Position numbers and translations under genes: made by a program. Below, piece after piece: positions 10,106-19,052 of a stretch of 64,000 nt of DNA. Origin of the DNA: Candidatus Yanofskybacteria bacterium (GTDB lineage Bacteria > Patescibacteriota > Minisyncoccia > 2-02-FULL-40-12 > GWA2-44-9); NCBI GenBank assembly GCA_003514055.1, contig DOSG01000008.1:45895-109894 (forward strand), read 5' to 3'. The notes under the pieces are model-generated. The model was not told where the DNA came from. It saw only the letters and a program-made list of their open reading frames with translations, and ran no database searches. Each line of letters opens with the position of its first letter. The first letter of the stretch is position 1.

Positions 10106-11167
10106 CTCGATTATCTCCAATATAGCATTTCTAAAATTTTCGAGAGAGAATCTCTTGGCTGATTCTTTGATAAGATTTGGGCTATATTTGTGATAATTAT
10201 CATTGAGCCTTCTAATGCCATCTGCCAAAGCTTCTGGTATCGGATCGTCAAAAAATTCTCCAGTAACCCCCTCTTCGATGATCTCCATGGCACCGCCCCT
10301 ACGTAGTGCCACTACTGGCTTGCCATAAGCCATAGCCTCAACCGGAGCAATCCCGAAATCTTCTTCTTGCGGCATAATGAATGCCCGACAATTCTTGTAA
10401 TAGCCAGCCAAAAACTCATCAGAAACGAATCCCAGCAAATCAACATTATCGCCAGCCATCCTTTTTAATCTCCTCTTGGTCGGCCCATCGCCGATTATGA
10501 TCAAGGGTAATTTTAGCTTATTAAAAGTATCAATAACCAAGGCAATATTTTTATAGTCATAAAGCCTCGAAACAATCAGATAATAATTCTCAATAGTCGG
10601 CACAAAATCTGATTCTATGTTGTAGGTATTCACTGGTGGGAATATAATCTTTGAATCTCTGTGGTAGTATTTTTTTATCCTATCTTGAACATTCTTCGAT
10701 ATGGCGATAAATTCATCGACTCTATCCGAGGCCAAGCGATCCCATATTCTTAAATAGTGTCTGGCGACTTTGCTAATTAATCCCGATCTTTCGTAGTCTG
10801 AATTTCTATCCCATAAAAATCTTGTTGGGCTATAGCAATAACAAATATGCCTAGTTTTTGGTTTTAGAACTAATCCCTTTGAGAAAATTACAGATGATGA
10901 GATTACTAGGTCAAATTCAGACAAATCAAATGACTCGATAATGCTAGGCATTATAAATGCTAAATATGGGTAAGCGGTCATCACGAAGGGAAGTCTCTGC
11001 AATCTGCTAGCTACAATTTTAGTATTAGGCAAATATCTACTAGTCAGCTTTTTCTTGTGAAATAAGGTATAAATCGGCGCATTGGGAAATATTTCATGCA
11101 AAGCAATAAGGGTGCGTTCGGCACCCCCCAAATTTAGAACCCAATCATGTACCAGCGCTATTTTCAT
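10103..11167 (-). CDS. GT4 family glycosyltransferase
   Basis: MKIALVHDW, GGAER, EEDFGIAPVEAMAYGKPV motifs. Confidence 0.92.
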   Translation of the reverse strand: MKIALVHDWVLNLGGAERTLIALHEIFPNAPIYTLFHKKKLTSRYLPNTKIVASRLQRLPFVMTAYPYLAFIMPSIIESFDLSEFDLVISSSVIFSKGLVLKPKTRHICYCYSPTRFLWDRNSDYERSGLISKVARHYLRIWDRLASDRVDEFIAISKNVQDRIKKYYHRDSKIIFPPVNTYNIESDFVPTIENYYLIVSRLYDYKNIALVIDTFNKLKLPLIIIGDGPTKRRLKRMAGDNVDLLGFVSDEFLAGYYKNCRAFIMPQEEDFGIAPVEAMAYGKPVVALRRGGAMEIIEEGVTGEFFDDPIPEALADGIRRLNDNYHKYSPNLIKESAKRFSLENFRNAILEIIE

Positions 11168-11195
11168 TATATTAACTTATGGATGAGGCAAAGCG

Positions 11196-12197
11196 CTATC
11201 TCTTAGCTATCACATTTCTCTTGTAAACATCCAAATTCTCAAGGACTATACCCGTACCACGGGCGACACAAAATAAAGGATCGTCAGCTATCGACGCCGG
11301 TACGCCTGTAACTCGAGTGATGAGCGTGCTTATATTCTTTAACAAGGCTCCTCCACCGGAGACGATGATCCCCCGATCCATGATATCTGAACATAGCTCT
11401 GGAGGCGTAACTTCTAACACGCTTTTGATAATTTGAATTATTTCACGCAATTGTTCAGACATGGCGTCGGTTATCTCGTTAGAGCTTAACTCCACCGTTT
11501 TAGGATAGCCTGTAGCCAAGTCTCTACCTTTTATGTTTATCTTTTCTTCGACGGCCTGCTTAGCAGCGCTTCCGATGTTTATCTTGATCAACTCGGCTGT
11601 CCTTTCGCCGATAGCCAAGCCGTGCTTTTTCTTGATAAATTCAACAATAGCCGCGTCCAATTTATTGCCAGCCACTCTCACTGAAGAGCAACTCACGATG
11701 CCGCCCAACGAAATAACTGCCAATTCCGTGGTACCACCGCCAATATTTAAAATCATGTTGCCCGAAGGGTTGTTTATAGGGATCTTGGCACCAATCGCGG
11801 CTAGCACTGGTTCTTTGACCAAGTATACGGCCTTCGCACCAGCATTTAGAGCCGATTCGATAACAGCTCTCTTCTCGGTTGAAGTTATGCCAGCCGGTAC
11901 TGATATCAACACTTCTGGCTTAACAAAATTCATAAATCCACCAGCTTTTTTTATGAAATATCTTAGCATCGCCGTAGTAATTCTATAATCGGCGATAGCT
12001 CCGTCGACAAGCGGTTTTGAAACTATAATACTATCCGGCGTTCGGCCGATCATTTCTTTTGCCAAATTCCCCACGGCTATAACCTTATTATCCAAAACCG
12101 AAATCGCCACCACCGACGGTTCATTTATGACGATACCCTTCTTGGGCAAGAAAACTACTGTATTAGTTGTACCCAGGTCTATACCAATCTTTTTCAT
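11196..12197 (-). CDS. mreB: rod shape-determining protein MreB
   Basis: IGIDLGTTNT, NEPSVVA, IGGGTTE, SGGGALL motifs. Confidence 0.96.
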   Translation of the reverse strand: MKKIGIDLGTTNTVVFLPKKGIVINEPSVVAISVLDNKVIAVGNLAKEMIGRTPDSIIVSKPLVDGAIADYRITTAMLRYFIKKAGGFMNFVKPEVLISVPAGITSTEKRAVIESALNAGAKAVYLVKEPVLAAIGAKIPINNPSGNMILNIGGGTTELAVISLGGIVSCSSVRVAGNKLDAAIVEFIKKKHGLAIGERTAELIKINIGSAAKQAVEEKINIKGRDLATGYPKTVELSSNEITDAMSEQLREIIQIIKSVLEVTPPELCSDIMDRGIIVSGGGALLKNISTLITRVTGVPASIADDPLFCVARGTGIVLENLDVYKRNVIAKR

Positions 12198-12399
12198 CTT
12201 ATATAAGGAATCTACCCGTAAATCGTGGAATTAGCAATTTTCGAATAATCCGACGTTAATCTGCGGAGGGAGTTAGGAAAAATTGATAATAAGCGATCAT
12301 TTAAGCGCCTAAATTATACTAACTAATTATTCACAATACAAACATTTGACAGATCTTTCTAAAGATTGATAATTACTACCTTTCTGATAATATGTATTC

Positions 12400-13239
12400 A
12401 TGACTAAGAGGCAAAAAAGATTATTATTCTATTGTGCAGTACTATTCTTCCTTTTCGGTAGCTATGTAGCCATTATGTACGCTCAAGGCTATAAATACGA
12501 TTTTGCAGAAAACAATTTTTTCAAAACTGGGACGTTCCACTTAAAAGTTAACGAAGACGCCGAAGTATTCGTAGATGGAGAATATATGGGCACCACTTCC
12601 TTTCTTGGAACATCGTTCAGTCACGAAAGATTACTACCAGGAACCTACCAGACTAAAGTTCAAAAGAATGATTACTCCACTTGGCAGAAAAACATACAAG
12701 TTGAAGAAGGCTTAGTTACTGAATTTACTTCAATCATGCTTCTACCTCAAGCTGGGGTAGAGAAAGATAAACTTCTAGAGGAGATCAGCCTAATATTAGA
12801 TGGCCCAAGTCCATCACCGACCCCCAGTGGATCAAAGGCTAGCCAGCCTAAGGGCTCACCCAGCCCCTCCCCAATAAAAACCCCGGAACTACCAAGCCTC
12901 CCATTCGTCATACAAAATAGAATACTATACCAGGCTAAGACCGATGACGATCAGATAACATTAGTCCCCGTAGCAGACGAAGCAACTGGATTTAAAATAT
13001 CTCCCGACAAAAATAAAATAGCTTGGTGGAATAAAGGTGAATTGTGGTTATATTGGGTAAACAAAACTAATTATCAGCCCATACACATCAAAGGAGATAT
13101 CGAATTGATCAAGACATTCGACGCGCCCATAAGTAAGCTTGATTGGTTTAGGGATAGTGAGCATATTGTTGTAGAGTCCATTGGGTTTAAGGTCATCGAG
13201 ATTGACTCAAGAGGCGGATTGAATATTATCTCCATCTAA
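12400..13239 (+). CDS. PEGA-domain membrane-anchored protein
   Basis: N-terminal TM with YAQGYKYD, KTG...LLPGTY...YSTWQK PEGA-like segment, PSP-rich linker. Confidence 0.75.
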   Translation: MTKRQKRLLFYCAVLFFLFGSYVAIMYAQGYKYDFAENNFFKTGTFHLKVNEDAEVFVDGEYMGTTSFLGTSFSHERLLPGTYQTKVQKNDYSTWQKNIQVEEGLVTEFTSIMLLPQAGVEKDKLLEEISLILDGPSPSPTPSGSKASQPKGSPSPSPIKTPELPSLPFVIQNRILYQAKTDDDQITLVPVADEATGFKISPDKNKIAWWNKGELWLYWVNKTNYQPIHIKGDIELIKTFDAPISKLDWFRDSEHIVVESIGFKVIEIDSRGGLNIISI

Positions 13240-13287
13240 GAGATTTACTAAAGATAAAAAAGCCCCGCGTATGCGGGGTTTTTGCGT

Positions 13288-14031
13288 TTAATAGCGCCGT
13301 TCGAGATCGAACCAGAAGTAGAAACCGGAGTCAGGCGGATGGTAGTGGCCTGGGATATTGCAGAAACCTCTGATCCAGACCCAGCATTGACACCATTCAT
13401 CCCATTCCCAGTGTCCTGGAACGTGCATGTATCTATCTCCCCAGAGGTCATGGAATGGCCTCCAGAAGAAGTAGTACTTATTCGCTCCGAACCACCAGCC
13501 GGAGGAATACTCTCCACGCCCGTAATCACCGAACTGCGGATGTGGCAGCGGCGTAGGTCGAGTCCTTGGAATGGCATAGCGCGGAAGATCCCTCAGAGGG
13601 AATCGCTGATGCGTTCCTTGGCCACCACGAGGCAACTCGTTCGAATAGATGCCAGGCGGCCGCATCATCGCGCCCGGCCCGCGACCCATGCCTTGACCTT
13701 GTCCACGGCCTTGCTGGTCACCACGACCCATGCCTTGACCTTGACCACGTTGAGTACCTGGATCTTGCCGTGGCCGACTCCGCTGAGGATCACGGCCCAT
13801 GCCTTGACCCGAGCCTGAAGGTGGCCCCTGCCGTTGTGGCGGTTGCTGTCTTGGTTCGGCCCGAGGCGGTGGAGCCTGACGTGGCGGCGGCTGTTGCCGT
13901 GGCCTTTCTTGAGCTTGCGGGTCTCGAGTTGATCTTGGCTTGGCCTTTTCCCTTTCCTGGCTAGCCAAGAGTGCCGCCGATCCAAAGATCAGCAGCAGTA
14001 GAATCGAAAGAACTGTTCGTTTGCGGCGCAT
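13288..14031 (-). CDS. secreted low-complexity protein with Q/P/G repeats and a Trp-rich WXXGXW-like C-terminus
   Basis: Signal peptide, GQGQGMGR repeats, VPGHWEW..WVWIRG; GGAGG SD; GC-rich relative to flanks. Confidence 0.7.
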   Translation of the reverse strand: MRRKRTVLSILLLLIFGSAALLASQEREKAKPRSTRDPQAQERPRQQPPPRQAPPPRAEPRQQPPQRQGPPSGSGQGMGRDPQRSRPRQDPGTQRGQGQGMGRGDQQGRGQGQGMGRGPGAMMRPPGIYSNELPRGGQGTHQRFPLRDLPRYAIPRTRPTPLPHPQFGDYGRGEYSSGWWFGANKYYFFWRPFHDLWGDRYMHVPGHWEWDEWCQCWVWIRGFCNIPGHYHPPDSGFYFWFDLERRY

Positions 14032-14104
14032 AAGTCACCTCCATGATGTAGCGCTCGACTCATTAACTTTACGCCATCATTAGATACTGTCAAGCTGGCG
14101 AACT

Positions 14105-14144
14105 AAAATCAAAACCCCTCGTTATTTCGAGGGGTTTTGATTTT
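14105..14144. terminator. intrinsic terminator of the ribosomal protein operon
   Basis: AAAATCAAAACCCCTCG-TTATTT-CGAGGGGTTTTGATTTT. Confidence 0.8.
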
Positions 14145-14186
14145 ATATTAAATAAATTAATCTTTCTGACGCCTTCGTTGTTCAAA

Positions 14187-14786
14187 CTAACGCTTGCTCC
14201 ACTGCGGCGATTTACGAGCCTTCTTCAATCCATACTTTCTTCTTTCCTTGGCCCTTGGATCTCTCTTTAGGAAATTAGCCTTTTTGAGCTTCTTCCTAAA
14301 ATTAGCGTCAAATAAAGTTAGAGCTCTAGCCAATCCGTGTCGAACGGCTCCAGCTTGTCCCGACAATCCGCCACCATTAACCATTACTGTCGCTTTAAAC
14401 CTTCCAATTGATTTCAGTCTCTTTAATGGAGATTCAACGACTAGCTGTAAATTACCATCCAAAAAATATTCTGTGTAATCTTTGCCATTAATTATAATCA
14501 GGGCCTTCTCGTCTTTAATGGTGTCAGTAGATTTTTTAGTATACAGCCTAACTCGTGCTGTGGCATTCTTCCTTCTACCAACCGTCTCATAGTACTTCTC
14601 TTTGCCAGACTTTTGCTCTTCGTCTATCTTTTCATCAACCGCCTTTAATACTTCTTTATCTTCTGGACTATCGAAAACCTCCACCAAAATTTCTGGTCTC
14701 TTAATCTCAATCTTTACGCTTTCAACCTTTTCGGCTGGCTTATCGACTGGTGCGGTCTTTTTAATTGTTTTCTTAGTAGTTGCCAT
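14187..14786 (-). CDS. rpsI: 30S ribosomal protein S9 (N-terminal extension)
   Basis: GRRKNATARV, GGGLSGQAGA, ERRKYGLKKARKSPQWSKR. Confidence 0.97.
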   Translation of the reverse strand: MATTKKTIKKTAPVDKPAEKVESVKIEIKRPEILVEVFDSPEDKEVLKAVDEKIDEEQKSGKEKYYETVGRRKNATARVRLYTKKSTDTIKDEKALIIINGKDYTEYFLDGNLQLVVESPLKRLKSIGRFKATVMVNGGGLSGQAGAVRHGLARALTLFDANFRKKLKKANFLKRDPRAKERRKYGLKKARKSPQWSKR

Positions 14787-14790
14787 AAAA

Positions 14791-15132
14791 TTACTTGAAC
14801 TTTAGATTTCTAATTATTTTATCTCTTGATTTGTTCTTAGGCAGCATTCTATAAATCGCCATTCTAACAACCTCTTTAGGTTTTGATTTCCAAAGTTCAG
14901 ATAGTTTTTTTTCCTTCATACCGCTGTGATAGCCAGAATAATGATAATAAATCTTCTGATCCATCTTCTGACCTGTAAATTTGATCTTATCGATATTATT
15001 AATAATGACTTCAACCTCTGGCAATTTACTTGGCTCAAACGAAACTAAATGTTTTCCACGTAAAGCCGTGGCAGCTTCAGTCGCTACTCTTCCTAACGCT
15101 CTATTTGTCGCATTGATTTCGTAGGTAGTCAT
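14791..15132 (-). CDS. rplM: 50S ribosomal protein L13 (short form)
   Basis: LGRVAT, LRGKH, YYHYSGY, RMLPKN. Confidence 0.96.
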   Translation of the reverse strand: MTTYEINATNRALGRVATEAATALRGKHLVSFEPSKLPEVEVIINNIDKIKFTGQKMDQKIYYHYSGYHSGMKEKKLSELWKSKPKEVVRMAIYRMLPKNKSRDKIIRNLKFK

Positions 15133-15134
15133 AT

Positions 15135-15506
15135 TTATTTCGCAGGTTTTTCGGCCTCTTTAAAAGTAAATTCTATAAAAACCATCGAGGCGGCATCGCT
15201 TTTTCTATCGCCTAATTTGGTAATCCTTGTATATCCGCCCTTGTGATCCTTGAATTTAGGAGCAATCTCGGTAAAAAGCTTGAAGATAGCCTTCGCGCCT
15301 AAATCTTTAGCCATTTCCCTCTTAGCAGCTACGCTATTAGACTTAGCCTTAGTAACCAGCTTAGAAACGTACGAAGAGATGGTCTTCGCCTTAGCAACCG
15401 TTGTCTTAATCCGGCCATGATCAATCAAAGCAGTAGCTAGCGCCTTATATAGTGCATGTCTCTGGATTGATTCTCTTCCAAATTTTCGGTGTTTACCTCT
15501 TCGCAT
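15135..15506 (-). CDS. rplQ: 50S ribosomal protein L17
   Basis: IKTTVAKAK, GGYTRITK motifs. Confidence 0.97.
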   Translation of the reverse strand: MRRGKHRKFGRESIQRHALYKALATALIDHGRIKTTVAKAKTISSYVSKLVTKAKSNSVAAKREMAKDLGAKAIFKLFTEIAPKFKDHKGGYTRITKLGDRKSDAASMVFIEFTFKEAEKPAK

Positions 15507-15509
15507 ATC

Positions 15510-16238
15510 TTATTTTGACTTCTTTTTCTTAGTTGATTTCTTCTCTTCTGATACTTCTATCTTTATCTCTGATATACCTCTAAAGTGATCGTTCAATATA
15601 ACGGCGGCTTTTTGTAGCGCCTCTTCTGGTTCAATTGATCCGTCGGTTTCGATAGTCAAAACAACTTTATTGAAATCGATCCTGTCGCCAACGCGAATAT
15701 TCTCAATTGAAAAATTAACTAACTGAACGGGTGAGAATACGGCATCAACGGCGATTGCTCCAATAGCTAGCTTCTCTTTCTTTCTCTGTTCAACTGGAAC
15801 ATAGCCAACTCCCTTTTCAATATCAAGTTCCATGTTCAGCTCTGCTTTTTTATCAGTCAAAGTTGCTATGTGCTGATCTTCGTTGATAAGCTCTACATCT
15901 GACGTGAGATCTATGTCAGCTCCAGTCACGACTTTATCGCCCTTAACACTCAACGTGACTTTAACCGGACCATCGCCCAATAATTTAAATCTAAGCTTCT
16001 TAACGTTTAGGATGATTTCAATGATATCCTCCTGCATATTTGCTAGAGTTGAGAACTCGTGATCTACGCCCTTAATCTTTATAGCAGTTACGGCGGCACC
16101 CTCGAGAGATGACAAAAGCACCCTCCTCAATGGGTTAGCTATCGTTGCTCCATATCCTGGCATCAACGGTGATATCTCGAAAACGGTCGTATTACCATCC
16201 TTCGAAATTGTCTTAACTTGTTCCGGTAGCGTAAGCAT
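15510..16238 (-). CDS. rpoA: RNA polymerase alpha subunit, N-terminal domain only (no alpha-CTD)
   Basis: PLMPGYGATIANPLRRVLLSSL, HEFST, VDAVFSPV; ends in a Lys-rich tail at 242 aa. Confidence 0.95.
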   Translation of the reverse strand: MLTLPEQVKTISKDGNTTVFEISPLMPGYGATIANPLRRVLLSSLEGAAVTAIKIKGVDHEFSTLANMQEDIIEIILNVKKLRFKLLGDGPVKVTLSVKGDKVVTGADIDLTSDVELINEDQHIATLTDKKAELNMELDIEKGVGYVPVEQRKKEKLAIGAIAVDAVFSPVQLVNFSIENIRVGDRIDFNKVVLTIETDGSIEPEEALQKAAVILNDHFRGISEIKIEVSEEKKSTKKKKSK

Positions 16239-16297
16239 TTGTTTTGTATGAGCATGCAGATTAGTAATCTCCACATACCCACAAGTTATTTATAAAA

Positions 16298-16930
16298 CTA
16301 TCTTGAATAATATTCGACTACGGCCTGAAGGTCTTCCATCTTTAATCCGCTTTCTTCTAGCGTTGCTTGCCCCTTAACCTTAGCCTCAACTTTCTCTTTA
16401 TTTATTTCTATCCACCCTGGACCCTGATATGCAGGGAACCATACTGGAAGTAAAGTTGTAAAATACTTGGTCTTCTTGCTACCCTCTCTAACCGATATGA
16501 TGTCATTCCTTTTTACCGTATATGAGGGAATATTCACTTTCTTACCATTTACTAAGATATGGCCATGAGATACTAACTGTCTTGCCTGATCTCTTGATTG
16601 AGCAAATCCTGATCTGAAAACCGTATTATCTAGTCTGTTCTCAAGCTTTCCGATGATCTCGGTGTAAGGCTCTTCTCTTGATTCAAGCGCATGCTTAATG
16701 CCATTCTTGAACTGCTTCTCAAGCATTCTGTATGTAGCTCTGACTTTCTGCTTGGCCATCAACTGTTGCCCGAATTCAGATATCTTGTTGTTTCTTCGGG
16801 TGTGCTGACCTGGCGGATATGGTCTTCGAGTTACGGCAGCTTTCGGAGAATACGAACGATCGCCTTTCAAAAAAAGACGCTCGCCAACTCTTCGCTCAAC
16901 TTTTTCTCTTGGTCCTAGATATCGTGCCAT
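16298..16930 (-). CDS. rpsD: 30S ribosomal protein S4
   Basis: PPGQH, LENRLDN, ARQLVSHGH, VVEYYSR. Confidence 0.97.
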   Translation of the reverse strand: MARYLGPREKVERRVGERLFLKGDRSYSPKAAVTRRPYPPGQHTRRNNKISEFGQQLMAKQKVRATYRMLEKQFKNGIKHALESREEPYTEIIGKLENRLDNTVFRSGFAQSRDQARQLVSHGHILVNGKKVNIPSYTVKRNDIISVREGSKKTKYFTTLLPVWFPAYQGPGWIEINKEKVEAKVKGQATLEESGLKMEDLQAVVEYYSR

Positions 16931-16960
16931 GATCTTATTTTATAAAATGATAATTAATTG

Positions 16961-17398
16961 CTAGACTCTCCTCGGTTTCTTACTCCTAACGCCATTATGC
17001 GCAACCGGGGTATTGTCCTGGATCGATAAAACATTCAAACCCGTTCCAGCTATGCCTCTGATCGCCGATTCTCGGCCGGGTCCAATTCCCTTAGCGATAA
17101 TCTTGATATTGGTCAGATTAAACTTTTTAGCTTTCTCTACACAATCCTTAGCAACCATATTTGCGGCATAAGGAGTAGACTTCTTGGTACCCTTAAAACC
17201 CAAGCCACCAGCCGATGACCAAGCAATAATATCGCCTTTCTGATCGCTGATAGCAATAGAAGTATTATTATACGAAACGTTAATGTGGGCTATACCATTT
17301 ATAACTTGTTTCTTACTACTTTTCTTAGGAGCTGCGGGAGCGTTGCTTTCTGTTGCTCCAGAAGTCTCGGTTTTTGTGATGATTTTCTTTTTTCCCAT
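16961..17398 (-). CDS. rpsK: 30S ribosomal protein S11
   Basis: SYNNT, GFKGTKKSTPYAA, GPGRESA, HNG motifs. Confidence 0.97.
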   Translation of the reverse strand: MGKKKIITKTETSGATESNAPAAPKKSSKKQVINGIAHINVSYNNTSIAISDQKGDIIAWSSAGGLGFKGTKKSTPYAANMVAKDCVEKAKKFNLTNIKIIAKGIGPGRESAIRGIAGTGLNVLSIQDNTPVAHNGVRSKKPRRV

Positions 17399-17427
17399 TT
17401 TATTTAAATTCTCGAATCTACTAAGAC

Positions 17428-17541
17428 GTTAGACTCAGACATAAGTTCTGAGAGGCTCTCGGAGCGCGACTGGCGCGAGAGAGAGGGTGATTTCTAGTAA
17501 GAAATAAACCCGTACTCGAAAAACTTGTGTCTGGGCCTAAC
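17428..17541. repeat. structured three-way-junction repeat, copy 1 (rpsM-rpsK spacer)
   Basis: ~20-bp outer stem, GACTG-loop hairpin, GGGTGATTTCT..AGAAAT..ACCC hairpin; homologous to 63369-63495. Confidence 0.8.
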
Positions 17542-17550
17542 TAATATTCT

Positions 17551-17937
17551 TTATGTCTTCTCGGATGACGGTTTTCTGCCAGAGCCCATGGTTCTTCTTA
17601 CGTTGCCCCTGGTAGTTCTTGAATTTGTCTTAGAACGGCCATGCAGCGGCAACCTGTGCGCGTGTCTGAGTCCTCTCCAGGCCCCAATTTCCTTCAATCT
17701 TTTTATGTTTCCAGTGACTTCTTTTCTTAAGTCTCCTTCTACCTTATAGCTCAATTCAATTATCTTTTGGATTTTATTTAGTTCCTCAGTCGTTAAATCT
17801 TTGGCTAGCTTATTCTCATCGATACCTACGGTTCTTAAAATTATCCTGCTAGTGCTAAAACCTAAACCATAAACATACGGTAATGAGTAAACAATCTTCT
17901 TTTTATCAGGAATGACTATACCTAGAATTCTTGGCAT
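17551..17937 (-). CDS. rpsM: 30S ribosomal protein S13
   Basis: MPRILG, VEGDLR, WRGLRH, KTNSRT. Confidence 0.97.
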   Translation of the reverse strand: MPRILGIVIPDKKKIVYSLPYVYGLGFSTSRIILRTVGIDENKLAKDLTTEELNKIQKIIELSYKVEGDLRKEVTGNIKRLKEIGAWRGLRHAHRLPLHGRSKTNSRTTRGNVRRTMGSGRKPSSEKT

Positions 17938-17943
17938 TAAATG

Positions 17944-18004
17944 AATTATCAATTATCAGTTATCAATTTCCATTTTTATTGGTAATCGTTAACTGGTAAC
18001 TGTT
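17944..18004. repeat. inverted heptamer tandem repeat
   Basis: (AATTATC)(AATTATC)(AGTTATC) facing (GGTAATC)(GTTAACT)(GGTAACT). Confidence 0.55.
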
Positions 18005-18006
18005 TA

Positions 18007-18120
18007 CTACCCTTGTCTTTGCTTATGCTTGGCTATCTTGCAAATGCAATACAGGCGCCCCTTGCGTCTTACTAATTTGCAGCTAGTACACATTTTTTTC
18101 ACTGACGCTCGTACTTTCAT
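18007..18120 (-). CDS. rpmJ: 50S ribosomal protein L36 (below the ORF-track cutoff)
   Basis: Translated by hand: [37 protein letters not shown]. Confidence 0.97.
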   Translation of the reverse strand: MKVRASVKKMCTSCKLVRRKGRLYCICKIAKHKQRQG

Positions 18121-18131
18121 GGTCTTTATTA

Positions 18132-18344
18132 TTAAAATCTATAGACTATCCTGCCCCTGGCACCGTCTGGGCTCAATTCTAAAGAAACCTTGTCCCCTAT
18201 CATTACTTTAATGTAGTTAAGGCGCATCTTGCCCGCCAAGTATGCCAAAACCTCTTTGCCATCGTCAAGCTTAACTTTGAAGGTAGTACCTGGCAAAGCC
18301 TCTATAACCTGACCGTTTACTCTATTTTTGGGGTTTTCGTTCAA
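18132..18344 (-). CDS. infA: translation initiation factor IF-1 (TTG start)
   Basis: [35 protein letters not shown]. Confidence 0.96.
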   Translation of the reverse strand: MNENPKNRVNGQVIEALPGTTFKVKLDDGKEVLAYLAGKMRLNYIKVMIGDKVSLELSPDGARGRIVYRF

Positions 18345-18354
18345 TGATCCTTTG

Positions 18355-18503
18355 CTAAATAATCTCGAGACAAATTAACCTTACCTACTGGAAAGGCAAT
18401 TAGTCTCAATATTACATTTATAAAATGTCGGATTAGATCCCCATTTAGAAATCATGAGATCTAGCCCTGAGTATTTATTCAGTTGACGAGATTACTTTTA
18501 GCT
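18355..18503 (-). promoter_or_regulatory. structured 5' leader of the infA-rpmJ-rpsM operon
   Basis: Follows a TTGACA-N17-TAATAT promoter (-35 at 18537-18532); closing stem GCTAAAAGTAATCTCG/CGAGATTATTTAGC encloses four hairpins. Confidence 0.6.
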
Positions 18504-18555
18504 CATTTATATTAGCAAAGAGGCTAAATAATGTCAAATTCCATATCCACACGCC

Positions 18556-18611
18556 TTGACTCGTCGGAATTACCAATATATCCTTGGCAAAGCTCTTAAA
18601 CGGAGAAAGTC
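18556..18611 (+). promoter_or_regulatory. orphan-gene leader: promoter + boxA-like motif + SD
   Basis: TTGACT-N17-TATCCT...GCTCTTAAAC GGAG AAAGTC ATG. Confidence 0.65.
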
Positions 18612-18998
18612 ATGAAAAGACTGAATTTCGTGGATGAGGCCCTTATTCCAATTATTCTCGGTAAAAAACGCATAACCATTAGGAAGTACCGGGAAGGTTC
18701 CCACGACGTTACGTTTGCACAAATACTTCGTGCCGAGTTCCCGTGCGGTTTAGGACTTCTCATTCGGGTCACCAATACGCCCGACAAGACTCCCCTTAAG
18801 ATGCTAAGCCAGGACACACTCGAGCGGGATGGCTATGCAAATCATGAAGAAGCTCTCGCTGATCTTAAAAATTTCTATCCATATCTGACGATGGAGTCCG
18901 ACGTTATCGCGATTTCTTTTGAACCCCTAGGGTATTCCATCTCATTTGAGGATCAACCATTAATTGATGCCAGAGATGTAGCATTTCCCGCCTGGTAG
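18612..18998 (+). CDS. ASCH/PUA-like domain protein
   Basis: LNF....IPIILGKKRITIR, DGY...L...YP motifs typical of ASCH; terminator at 19004-19030. Confidence 0.8.
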   Translation: MKRLNFVDEALIPIILGKKRITIRKYREGSHDVTFAQILRAEFPCGLGLLIRVTNTPDKTPLKMLSQDTLERDGYANHEEALADLKNFYPYLTMESDVIAISFEPLGYSISFEDQPLIDARDVAFPAW

Positions 18999-19052
18999 AA
19001 TACAAATCGGCGCGTATGCGCCGATTTTTTTGTTTAAATAACAGTTACAACT

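Noticed and set aside
13282-13985. Several overlapping ORFs on both strands (178, 132, 109, 106 aa)
   Set aside because: Expected in a GC-rich repetitive gene; only 13288..14031 has a signal peptide, SD and promoter
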